This document shows positions 47,601 through 55,294 of a stretch of 64,000 nt of DNA, in pieces (position 1 is the stretch's first letter; every line of letters starts with the position of its first letter). Origin of the DNA: Sulfuriferula sp. (GTDB lineage: Bacteria; Pseudomonadota; Gammaproteobacteria; Burkholderiales; Sulfuriferulaceae); NCBI GenBank assembly GCA_041651255.1, contig JBAZJP010000005.1:24405-88404 (forward strand), given 5' to 3'. Below the pieces are notes generated by a model. It was not told where the DNA came from, did not search any database, and worked only from the letters and a program-made list of their open reading frames with translations. The translations under genes and the position numbers were made by a program.

Positions 47601-48164
47601 GGGCTAACAGAAGCCTGGCGTAACCGCAGCGATGGCGCCGTTTTTCCACTTGCGCCCGGCGTTGTTGCTGGTGCAATGAATCCGCGCGAGCATGAGTTTA
47701 TCAACTTCAATACGCAGGATGTGATTGGCGATTTACAGGCCTTTATCAACCGTTTATTACGGATCAATCCAGCTGCAAAAATGATACTGACCGTGTCACC
47801 CGTGCCACTGATTGCGACGTATGAAGATCAGCATGTGTTGGTGTCGAATACTTACAGCAAATCGGTATTGCGTGCGGCGGCCGAAGAAATCTGCCGTCGT
47901 AACGCCATGTGCGAATACTTCCCCGCCTACGAGATGATTACAGGGCATTATAATCATGGCGCATGGTTTGAAGGTGACTTGCGTTCAGTGCGAGCTGAAG
48001 GGATTGAACATGTCATGCGTACATTCTTTAAGCATTATGCGGCAGATGAGGCAGGTATGGCTGATGGAGAAGGTAAGGCAAGTGCAGCTCGAGTTGTATT
48101 GAATTATGCTGCTGTAGCAGGTGTCGTGTGCGAAGAAGCTGCGTTGGATCAGCCGTCAGTCTAG
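44628..48164 (+). CDS. Multidomain fusion: GT2 + beta-sandwich + WcbI-like domain + GSCFA (SGNH-like) domain
   Basis: GT2: SVLLTSYNH, VDDGSTD, DFDLW. Module GYLMYGPY. WcbI-like: GNCQ, IPSI-x-F-x-AWHPD, HS-x-YHP. GSCFA: TAGSCFAQ, FTLGLTEAW, LTVSPVP, YFPAYE. Preferred start ATG 44628; ORF track uses 44586. Confidence 0.78.
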   Translation: MVRISVLLTSYNHAKYLREAIDSVLAQTFADFELLIVDDGSTDESWEIIGSYADPRVRGFRTGEQNITTAVNQLIAQQAVGEFIAIFHSDDVWRTDKLAQQVTYLDQHTECGAVFTQTIALDEGGQPLSDGAAGIASIFAQPNRSRQQWLRYFFYQMNALCHPSVLIRKQCYLDIGFYRETMWALDDFDLWVRLCLRYEIHVLEDALTCFRVRADHGNVSGNKIGTHVRTATEFFFVLRHYLTIDSFEELVHIFPEAQVYYRAEGCEPHFVLAMMALAQQAFPQTQLFGLSLLFDLLEDAESARRIDVLYGFKPADFHALKVQHDVFRVKQLHEAEQKIAMLETASPAAPAIHSVASLNDVVRLWGDDPRLFSQVGVRTIWGDLETTGQAGYLMYGPYLPFAKGHYQVVVRGSVGRAGARFDVTAVHGSQTIVAMDIVEADETGCLVRILIELTDDCTDLECRISVSAECNLRVAMLEITPLQFADTAMTGTRPTQLPVDISVCRPLRIMLMGNCQSLVLATLIGMMASEVVEAKGWKWTQEFRQRLLNSDAELMDWLLNSDLILLHKEGGFYQWFEQHYPNLRFKVRYIPSISFGAWHPDLDLISIGQEEACGYVEGSMGACQSTLAFYGWKQGWDVEQTLNLFATDIYELMGYFDAYAGWKEFLVEEGVRGNLPLGHLIDEWSRRGCWMHSIYHPKLFVLVDVARELMLREQIMINTSVQPETLIEDDFLNSPIWPIYPEIAEHYGLTGDYVFRSNEREQTLREFVVDSFARFDQYGGATLGSDMYAAEQLKVLHERLTLYLAHRKPVDERIMPKALPVAALSNPYRNLPDYHFWRRAVEQVPVQQLDPVVRARVHLRADSKVATAGSCFAQHISRALRQHGYNNYITETGIGLSAAEAEQRNYGVYSARYGNVYTARQLVQLFDRAYGDYAPSEQAWLREDGRFVDPFRPQIEPDGFAQIEALEQSRAEQFSAVRELFENLDVFVFTLGLTEAWRNRSDGAVFPLAPGVVAGAMNPREHEFINFNTQDVIGDLQAFINRLLRINPAAKMILTVSPVPLIATYEDQHVLVSNTYSKSVLRAAAEEICRRNAMCEYFPAYEMITGHYNHGAWFEGDLRSVRAEGIEHVMRTFFKHYAADEAGMADGEGKASAARVVLNYAAVAGVVCEEAALDQPSV

Positions 48165-48191
48165 ATGATGTGGAAGAGTATTTGAGGTGGT

Positions 48192-51155
48192 ATGAAAAAT
48201 GAGAGTGGTTCAATGAATCAAATAACGATCCCAACACTGGAGAATGCCGCTGGTTTGCTGTCAGTTGCAGAGCTGCTGTCATATCATGATGAGTTTTTTA
48301 TACGTTTGGCATTTTTGGTTTTGCTGGGACGAGCGGCTGATCCTGATGGTTTGAACCATTATTTAGGCCGCTTGCGTAATGGTATCGATAAAGCACAGAT
48401 ACTGGCAGAGATTAAATTTTCACCAGAGGGGGAGGGCTATGCGACAGCGCTTGCTGGACTGGATGCAGTGCTTAAGCCGTATGCTTGGTTGAAATCACCT
48501 ATTTTAAATAAGCTGACCCGCATACAAAAGCGGTTGGGTGGCAACGATGCGATTTTGTGCCACTTACGTGCCTTGGATAATCAACTGTTGCGACAGCAAG
48601 ATGATTTTGGTTATGAGTTACGGCAAGTGGATGAGCGCTTGGCCCAGCAATTGGCAGCACAACAGGCAGCCTCAACGAATTTGGAGGGACAGCTTTCCAG
48701 TCGGTTGGATGCTTTAGCGCAGCAGTTGAGTGAGCAGCAGGTGGCGCTGGCCCAGCAATTGGCAGCACAACAGGCAGCCTCAACGAATTTGGAGGGACAG
48801 CTTTCCAGTCGGTTGGATGCTTTAGCGCAGCAGTTGAGTGAGCAGCAGGTGGCGCTGGCCCAGCAATTGGCAGTACAACAGAGTGCCTCGACGAATTTGG
48901 AGGGGCAGCTTTCCAGTCGGCTGGATGCTTTAGCGCAGCAGTTGAGTGAGCAGCAGGTGGCGCTGGCCCAGCAATTGGCAGCACAACAGGCTGCCTCGAC
49001 GAATTTGGAGGGGCAGCTTTCCAGTCGGTTGGATGCTTTAGCGCAGCAGTTGAGTGAGCCGCAAATGGCGCTGGTGCAGCAAATGACAGTGCAACAGGCT
49101 GCCACAGCGAATTTTGAGGGTTGGGTTTCCAGTCGGCTGGAAGTTTTGATGCAGCGCATGGGCGAGCAGCAGTCAACTTTGGGGCAATTACACTCGTTGA
49201 ATGAGGTCAAGCTGGATGAACTTAAGGAATATAGGGTTGCAGTTCGCCCATGGGTTGGTGAATTGCCCGCTTTGGCTGTGGCACCCAAAGTGTCAGTTGT
49301 CATCGTGCAGTACCAGCACTCGGTTGTGACTAGCCGCTGTATTCGTTCCTTATTCCGTTACACCGATATGTATGATGTTGAAATTGTGGTGGTAGATAAT
49401 GGCAGTTCACCAGAACATGTTGAGGCATTGGTGCAAGAATTTGGTTCGTCTATCAGGATGCTGCAATTGGGAGTCAATCGCTATTTCGGCGAAGGTAACA
49501 ATATAGGGGTTGAAGCGACGCGTGGCGAATTTGTCGTGTTGATCAATAATGACGTGGCAGTTACGCAGGGCTGGTTGAGTGCGTTGTTGCCTCATTTGCA
49601 TGGCAATATTGGCGTTGTGGCGCCGACGTTCCTCTACCCGGATGGTCGCGTGCAGGAATGCGGCGCGACGATAAATGAGCAGGGACGATCTATTCAGAAA
49701 CTGCAGTTTGGTAATCAAAGTGAGTTACCGCTGCTTCCATTTGAGTGTGATTATGTTTCTGCTGCCCTGATAGTTATGCGTAAACGGGATTATCTCGCTG
49801 TGGGCGGTTTTTCACCGGAATATGAACCAGCATATTACGAAGACGTGGATTTGTGTTTCAAGCTGGCTGCGCGGGGGTTGCGTACGGTCTGCGTACCTAA
49901 AGTACGTGTGTATCATGTGGGAAATGCAACTTCAAGTGGCTTTGAATTTGGAATGGAACTTCCGATGCTGATCGATTCTGCCAAGAATGTTCTGCTGTCG
50001 CGCTGGCAGCCGTTTTTGAGTAGTAGAAATGTAGATGGTTTGCGATCAGGGGCACGTGACAGCATGCATTTGCCCGATAGTGCGGCGACTATAACGATGG
50101 CGTCTCCTGCTGCCTTATTCTATTTGCCGGCCGTTGAGTTTGATGCTAACACCCGATACGCTTTAAACATTGCCCGTGCGATGGCGACGACGCATCAGCT
50201 GGTTTTCGCTTGCCCTGCAGCCACTAGTCGTTTGCGTTTATTGCAGATTGCGCGTCACTGGGGGCTGGGACTAGCGAATTTGCAATGCGTGGTCTGGGGT
50301 GATGCTGTCACTGATCAGGTATGGGATAAATGTTTTGTGTTCGGTAATACGGTGTTTCCACCTATCGCTGCACCTGTTGCGCATAGCATATATGCGTGTG
50401 CATTCCCGGTTGATGCTCACCATCCTGATATAACTAATCAGTCGTTAATGGATGGATATCAATATTGGTGCCAAAGTGTATGGGTCAAAAATAATCTTTG
50501 TGATGCGGGTTGGGTAGCGCCTGAACGGGTGACTGTCTTGCCAGAAGCAGTAAGTCAATTTGCGGCTCAAGCAAACAAGGAGCATGTCATTGTATCAGTG
50601 GCGAAATTCACGCTTAATGGCCAGCAGCTTCTGATAATTGAGGCGTTCAAACGTTTGGTTGCTTCAGGTGGTTTTGACGGCTGGCGCTTGATATTGGTTG
50701 GCACGCGTTCTCCACAACCTGATGATCTGGCTTACTTGAGCCACTGTATGGCACAAGCGGAAGGCTGGGCTATTGAGTTTGTGTTCGATGATGCAATAGA
50801 TATATTGCGTGATGTTTATGCGCGTGCAGCAGTGTATTGGCACGGGGCAGGGTTGGGTGTGGATGTGGTCAGCACTCCGGCGCTGGCTGATAATGCCGGG
50901 GTGGAAGCCTTAGAGGCAGCCAGCGCTGGTTGCCATGTTTTTATACCTAATGCTGGATCGGTGTTTGAATGGTTGCGCGGTGCACCAACTGGTGTGTATG
51001 CGTGTGCTAGTGTTGATGAGCTGGTAAATCTTATGCTCGATGTTAATCAGGATTTGGGTTGGGAGGTCGCTGCGGAACATGATGCAGCGTGGTTGCAAGA
51101 TCGGTCTTTGCAAAAATTTACCGAGTCAGTTCAGAATAAGCTTCAGTTGCTGTGA
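48192..51155 (+). CDS. DUF4214-like module + 36-aa repeat stalk + GT2 + GT4-like glycosyltransferase
   Basis: LLGRAADPDGLNHYLGRL; repeats; GT2 VVDNGS, GNN-x-G, NND, YYEDVDLC; C-terminal GT4-like domain with GVEALEAASAG. Confidence 0.85.
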   Translation: MKNESGSMNQITIPTLENAAGLLSVAELLSYHDEFFIRLAFLVLLGRAADPDGLNHYLGRLRNGIDKAQILAEIKFSPEGEGYATALAGLDAVLKPYAWLKSPILNKLTRIQKRLGGNDAILCHLRALDNQLLRQQDDFGYELRQVDERLAQQLAAQQAASTNLEGQLSSRLDALAQQLSEQQVALAQQLAAQQAASTNLEGQLSSRLDALAQQLSEQQVALAQQLAVQQSASTNLEGQLSSRLDALAQQLSEQQVALAQQLAAQQAASTNLEGQLSSRLDALAQQLSEPQMALVQQMTVQQAATANFEGWVSSRLEVLMQRMGEQQSTLGQLHSLNEVKLDELKEYRVAVRPWVGELPALAVAPKVSVVIVQYQHSVVTSRCIRSLFRYTDMYDVEIVVVDNGSSPEHVEALVQEFGSSIRMLQLGVNRYFGEGNNIGVEATRGEFVVLINNDVAVTQGWLSALLPHLHGNIGVVAPTFLYPDGRVQECGATINEQGRSIQKLQFGNQSELPLLPFECDYVSAALIVMRKRDYLAVGGFSPEYEPAYYEDVDLCFKLAARGLRTVCVPKVRVYHVGNATSSGFEFGMELPMLIDSAKNVLLSRWQPFLSSRNVDGLRSGARDSMHLPDSAATITMASPAALFYLPAVEFDANTRYALNIARAMATTHQLVFACPAATSRLRLLQIARHWGLGLANLQCVVWGDAVTDQVWDKCFVFGNTVFPPIAAPVAHSIYACAFPVDAHHPDITNQSLMDGYQYWCQSVWVKNNLCDAGWVAPERVTVLPEAVSQFAAQANKEHVIVSVAKFTLNGQQLLIIEAFKRLVASGGFDGWRLILVGTRSPQPDDLAYLSHCMAQAEGWAIEFVFDDAIDILRDVYARAAVYWHGAGLGVDVVSTPALADNAGVEALEAASAGCHVFIPNAGSVFEWLRGAPTGVYACASVDELVNLMLDVNQDLGWEVAAEHDAAWLQDRSLQKFTESVQNKLQLL
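48639..49178. repeat. Intragenic tandem repeat, 4 near-identical + 1 diverged 108-bp (36-aa) units
   Basis: Unit LAQQLAAQQAASTNLEGQLSSRLDALAQQLSEQQVA; ggcccagcaattggcag at 48641 and 48749. Units are contiguous, with no spacers. Confidence 0.95.
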
Positions 51156-51158
51156 GGA

Positions 51159-52280
51159 TTATTCCTTAAAAATAGACTTGTTGTTAATCTCGGGTGTTTG
51201 ATTTAGTAACGGATAGAAAAAACCAACAAACGGATTGACCAGGCGTGACGGCGCTTTCAGCGCCAATTTTAACGGTGACATATAAGCCCCCAGATCTTTT
51301 TTGATGGGGTAAGTGGTCAGCCCGAGTTCTAGCCGAGTGGCTCCCAGGTTAATGGCGGTCTCGACAACCTTGTGTGCGACGTAGATGTAGAGGCTGTCGT
51401 TCACTGCATCCGTGCGTCCGAAATACAACCAGCGTAGCAGTGTGCCATCCATTAACAATAATGCATGGCCGATGAGTTCGTCCTGGCGGTAGAACAGGAT
51501 GACTTTGGAGCGCGCACCGAGTTCGGCTGAAAATCCTCGATAGAATTCAGGAGTGAGGACTTCGCGTTGATATTCGCTGGCGTGGTTGTGTACCACTAGC
51601 CATTGGTTACATAGTGTGTCCGCGAGATGATCGAAATCGTCGTGCAGTTCATGGCGTATGCCTTGTTTTTCGTTGATGCGTAAGTGCTTGAGTAATTTGC
51701 TGCGGTAGTAGCTTTTCATCGCCGCAAGGTAAGCAGCAGGTGTTTTCCAGACTATTTCCATGTAGGTAGTCGGCAGGCTATCCACTACATGGTAGCCCAG
51801 CTGTGTGAATAGTGGCTGTACGGTTGCGGTTTCTGCTTCAAAGTCACGGACAACGATGAGGAAATGGTTTTGTTGTTTGGCGAGACTCATCAACATATCG
51901 TTGAGCGCAGTGACCATGTCAATATCGCTGATGTGGTTGCCGGCAACAAATGGCTTGTTTAAGGTAATTGGCGTGCCGCATTCCAGCATTTTGAGCTGGA
52001 AAAATCCGGGGAAGAATTTGCGGATTTTGGCGATAGTGGTTTTGAGTCCACCTGTTGCGAAAATAGCAATGTCTGTGGTGATAGTGTAAAAACTGGTGAA
52101 TGCGAGCGGTATGCCGTTATCATCATAGAATATGGCATAGCGATAGCGGAAATCATTGAGCTTTGCGCGTTCGAGGATAGCCCAGAATTCATAAGCGTAC
52201 GTCGATGAATGACCCTTTTGCAGTGAGTCCCAGTGATCTTTCGGCACTTCGTCTATATTGTTGTATATTATTGTTTTCAT
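51159..52280 (-). CDS. Double-GNAT (FemAB-like) N-acyltransferase family protein
   Basis: 373 aa; Y-x2-AMKS-x-YR-x2-L, LRWLYFG, LY-x-Y-x6-VE-x-AI, LELGLTTY-x2-K-x2-LGA pattern typical of FemAB-like/GNAT folds. Confidence 0.65.
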   Translation of the reverse strand: MKTIIYNNIDEVPKDHWDSLQKGHSSTYAYEFWAILERAKLNDFRYRYAIFYDDNGIPLAFTSFYTITTDIAIFATGGLKTTIAKIRKFFPGFFQLKMLECGTPITLNKPFVAGNHISDIDMVTALNDMLMSLAKQQNHFLIVVRDFEAETATVQPLFTQLGYHVVDSLPTTYMEIVWKTPAAYLAAMKSYYRSKLLKHLRINEKQGIRHELHDDFDHLADTLCNQWLVVHNHASEYQREVLTPEFYRGFSAELGARSKVILFYRQDELIGHALLLMDGTLLRWLYFGRTDAVNDSLYIYVAHKVVETAINLGATRLELGLTTYPIKKDLGAYMSPLKLALKAPSRLVNPFVGFFYPLLNQTPEINNKSIFKE

Positions 52281-52377
52281 ATTTGCGTGTGCATTGGTCT
52301 CGGGTTGCGCGCAGTATTGTCGAGCCTGGGTAGTTAGGTTAATTTTTCAAGTCGATTTTCGGTCATTAAAGGCATAG

Positions 52378-53391
52378 ATGCAAGTCACCACGAATAATTT
52401 AGTGCTGGTCACTGGAGCGACAGGATTTATCGGTAGCCGATTAGCGCAGCGTCTGCTCGATGATGGCTATGCGGTGAGAGTGTTGGTGCGCGATCCGCAG
52501 AGATTGTCTGCATTGCTGCGTGAACAATGTGAAGTCGTCGTTGGCGATGTGCTTGACGAGGCAGTAATGGCGAGTGCGGTCAGGCAAGTGCAACTGATAT
52601 TCCATTGTGCGGCAAACGTGAAAACATGGGATACGTATGCGGCTTATTTCGCGGTGAATGTTCAGGGTGTGCAGAATCTGATGCAGGCGATAGCGCAGGT
52701 AAATCCGGATCTGTCGCGTTTGGTACACATCTCTACGGTTGACGTGTATGGCTTCCCCGATGCGCCGTGTGACGAGACTTGTGTTGCCACGGGTGGTGAG
52801 TTCGATTATGGCAAAACCAAGCTGATGGGTGAGAATCTGGTGCGCTCACTGGGCGATGCGGCAAATATTTCTTACACGATTATCCGGCCCTGCAATGTCA
52901 TCGGGCCGGGCAGTCAGTTCATAGAACGCATAGGTGCAGAGTTAAAGTCTGGGGTTATGTTGACCATAGCCGGCGGACACACTCATGCCGGGCTGGTTTA
53001 TATTGATAATCTGGTTGATGATGTGGTGTGGGCTGCAACTGCGCCTAATGCACACCGGGAATGCTACAACGTGCGTGATGATAACGAAGTCGATTGGGCT
53101 GAATTTTTGCGGGTATTTCGTCAGTGTATCGGGGGCAAGGGCTTAGTGATCAATTTGCCCTTTGCGGTTGCGGATAAATTGGCATGGGCTTTTGCAATAG
53201 TGCATAAAACATTGTTACCGCGCCATGAGCCACTGTTACACCGCTTGCTGGTGCGGTTTTTTGGTAAAACCTGTGGGCATAGCCCGGCAAAAATTCGCAC
53301 GCATCGAGCCGGTGCATCTGCCGTGCAGAGGATAGATTTTGACGAGGCAATGCGGCGGTCGTGTCAGTGGTTTAAGGGTGAAAATGACTAA
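52378..53391 (+). CDS. NAD-dependent epimerase/dehydratase (extended SDR, 3-beta-HSD-like)
   Basis: VTGATGFIG, FHCAA, HISTVDVYG, YGKTK (YxxxK), IRP-x-NV-x-GPG. Confidence 0.88.
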   Translation: MQVTTNNLVLVTGATGFIGSRLAQRLLDDGYAVRVLVRDPQRLSALLREQCEVVVGDVLDEAVMASAVRQVQLIFHCAANVKTWDTYAAYFAVNVQGVQNLMQAIAQVNPDLSRLVHISTVDVYGFPDAPCDETCVATGGEFDYGKTKLMGENLVRSLGDAANISYTIIRPCNVIGPGSQFIERIGAELKSGVMLTIAGGHTHAGLVYIDNLVDDVVWAATAPNAHRECYNVRDDNEVDWAEFLRVFRQCIGGKGLVINLPFAVADKLAWAFAIVHKTLLPRHEPLLHRLLVRFFGKTCGHSPAKIRTHRAGASAVQRIDFDEAMRRSCQWFKGEND

Positions 53392-54604
53392 TTCGCATGT
53401 GGTGTTTTTACAAGGCTTGCCATCACCGTTTTTCAGTCGTGTCGCACGTGGATTAGCTGAATCGGGTTGTCGGGTAACAGGGATTAACTTGTGTGTAGGA
53501 GACCAGTTATTCTGGCGTGGTCCGAATACGCTGAATTACCGCGGTCGCCTGGCTGATTGGCCGCAGTTTATCGCTGATTTCTACGATAAAAATGGCGTGA
53601 CTGATATTGTTCTGTTAGGCGAGCAACGCAGTTACCACCAGCATGCAATCAAGCTGGCACAAGCACGTGGCATACGCGTGACGGTGACCGATTTTGGCTA
53701 CTTGCGCCCTGACTGGATGGCGTTTGAACGGGATGGTATGGGCGGCGATTCGCATTTCCCCAAAGATCCGCAAGCCATATTGGCGCTGGCTGCCCAGGCG
53801 CCCAAGGCAGCGCTCACACAGCGCTATACAGATAGCTTCTGGACTATGGCATGGGGCGACATGCTTTATCATTTTGCCAATTTCTTTTATTTCTGGTTAT
53901 TTCCTTATTATCGTCGTCCCTACAAACGTAACCACCCGTTAGTGCATTATTTCTCTATCGGCAAGCGATTGCTGTTTGCTAAACGTGGGCATCAACATGC
54001 GACCCGCAGATTAGCCGAATTAAAAGCTGATGGTGCGCGTTATTTCATGTTCCCGTTGCAGTTGGAAAACGATTTTCAAATTGTGTCCTATTCCCCATTT
54101 GACCGTCTGGAAGATGCGATATGGCTGGTGTTACAGTCCTTTGCCAAGCATGCCAGCGCGGAGACTCGTTTGCTGGTCAAAGTGCATCCACTGGATCCCG
54201 GCTTGAAGAATTGGAAAAAAATGATTTGCCGCTGGACAAGTGAACTGGGCATAGCTGAACGTATTGATTATTTTGATGGCGGCAATTTAGATGACATTAT
54301 CAGCGCGTCACAGGGCGTGGTGACAGTTAACAGTACCGTGGGTATTCGCGCGCTACAACTGGGTAGCCCGGTCATTACGCTAGGCGATGCGATTTATGAT
54401 GTAGATGGGCTGGCTTTTCAGGACGGTATTGATCGCTTCTGGATTGAGGCTAAAAAACCAGATCCGGTATTGGTTGACGCATTTATCGATGCGGTCTGTC
54501 ATAGCATACAAATACGTGGTACTTTTTATAGTGAGCCTGGCTTGAGTGCGGCGGTTGATGCTGCCGTGATCCGGCTATCCACGGGGACGAGCGGCTTAGC
54601 CTGA
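53384..54604 (+). CDS. kpsS: KpsS/WcbO/RkpJ capsule priming beta-Kdo transferase
   Basis: FLQG-x-PSPFF, GYLRPDW, PLQLENDFQ, K-x-HP-x-D, TVNSTVG. Preferred start ATG 53384, overlapping the SDR stop. Confidence 0.88.
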   Translation: MTNSHVVFLQGLPSPFFSRVARGLAESGCRVTGINLCVGDQLFWRGPNTLNYRGRLADWPQFIADFYDKNGVTDIVLLGEQRSYHQHAIKLAQARGIRVTVTDFGYLRPDWMAFERDGMGGDSHFPKDPQAILALAAQAPKAALTQRYTDSFWTMAWGDMLYHFANFFYFWLFPYYRRPYKRNHPLVHYFSIGKRLLFAKRGHQHATRRLAELKADGARYFMFPLQLENDFQIVSYSPFDRLEDAIWLVLQSFAKHASAETRLLVKVHPLDPGLKNWKKMICRWTSELGIAERIDYFDGGNLDDIISASQGVVTVNSTVGIRALQLGSPVITLGDAIYDVDGLAFQDGIDRFWIEAKKPDPVLVDAFIDAVCHSIQIRGTFYSEPGLSAAVDAAVIRLSTGTSGLA

Positions 54605-54611
54605 TGTTTGG

Positions 54612-55106
54612 TTATTCAGCCTCGGTCAGCGGCAGCGATAGCGTTTCCTTGACTTCTTCCATTACGATATAACTTCTTGATTCCTGCGCGCCTGGCAGAG
54701 TGAGCAGGATGTCGCCCAGCAGGGTTCGATAATCGGCCATTTTGGGTATACGTGCTTTGATCAGGTAATCGAAATCCCCCGATACCAGGTGACATTCGAG
54801 CACACTCGGCAGTTTGATAATCTCTTTCTTGAATTTTTCGAAAATACCGCCTGATTTGGCGGAAAGCTTGATTTCTACGAATACCAGTAGCGACAATTCC
54901 AAAGCATGCGGGTCAAGACGGGCGTGGTAGCCGAGGATGACACGTTCCTTTTCCAGACGTTTGACCCGTTCACCGCACGGGGTGACCGACAGCCCGACTT
55001 GTTCAGCCAGGTCGGTGATGGAGATGCGGGCATCTTGCTGGAGTATGGACAAAATTTTGCGGTCGATTTTGTCCAGTTCACGGATGGCGTGGGTCCGTAT
55101 TCTCAT
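54612..55106 (-). CDS. lrp: Leucine-responsive regulatory protein (Lrp/AsnC family)
   Basis: LDKIDRKIL..LQQDARIS..VGLS-x-TPC-x-ERVKRLE, ECHLVSGDFDYL-x-KAR. Divergent from dadA. Confidence 0.92.
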   Translation of the reverse strand: MRIRTHAIRELDKIDRKILSILQQDARISITDLAEQVGLSVTPCGERVKRLEKERVILGYHARLDPHALELSLLVFVEIKLSAKSGGIFEKFKKEIIKLPSVLECHLVSGDFDYLIKARIPKMADYRTLLGDILLTLPGAQESRSYIVMEEVKETLSLPLTEAE

Positions 55107-55294
55107 GTGTTTTTGTCCTTAATTTTCCTGATCATGCCGCGATATTATTATTTTTAGATGGTTGTTAATGTTTAATCTAAAAATAGAGTAATTTATACTA
55201 CATAAATGGCTATTTAAAGGCAATTATTTGCTACCCAGAAGCTAGAATTTGATTATTCGCTGTGTTGATCAAGTTGATGTTCTGGGAGTATGAG

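Noticed and set aside
48639-49178. 108-bp and 252-bp repeats as possible CRISPR arrays
   Set aside because: Units are contiguous, in frame, lack unique spacers, and no cas genes are present.
48499-49303. Two long minus-strand ORFs (225 and 230 aa) with repetitive Cys- or Pro-rich sequence
   Set aside because: Antisense shadows of the 108-bp repeats inside the GT gene; no independent evidence of coding.
1-54604. The locus as an integrative or mobile element
   Set aside because: No integrase, transposase, tRNA target or flanking direct repeat was recognised; the left boundary is outside the window.
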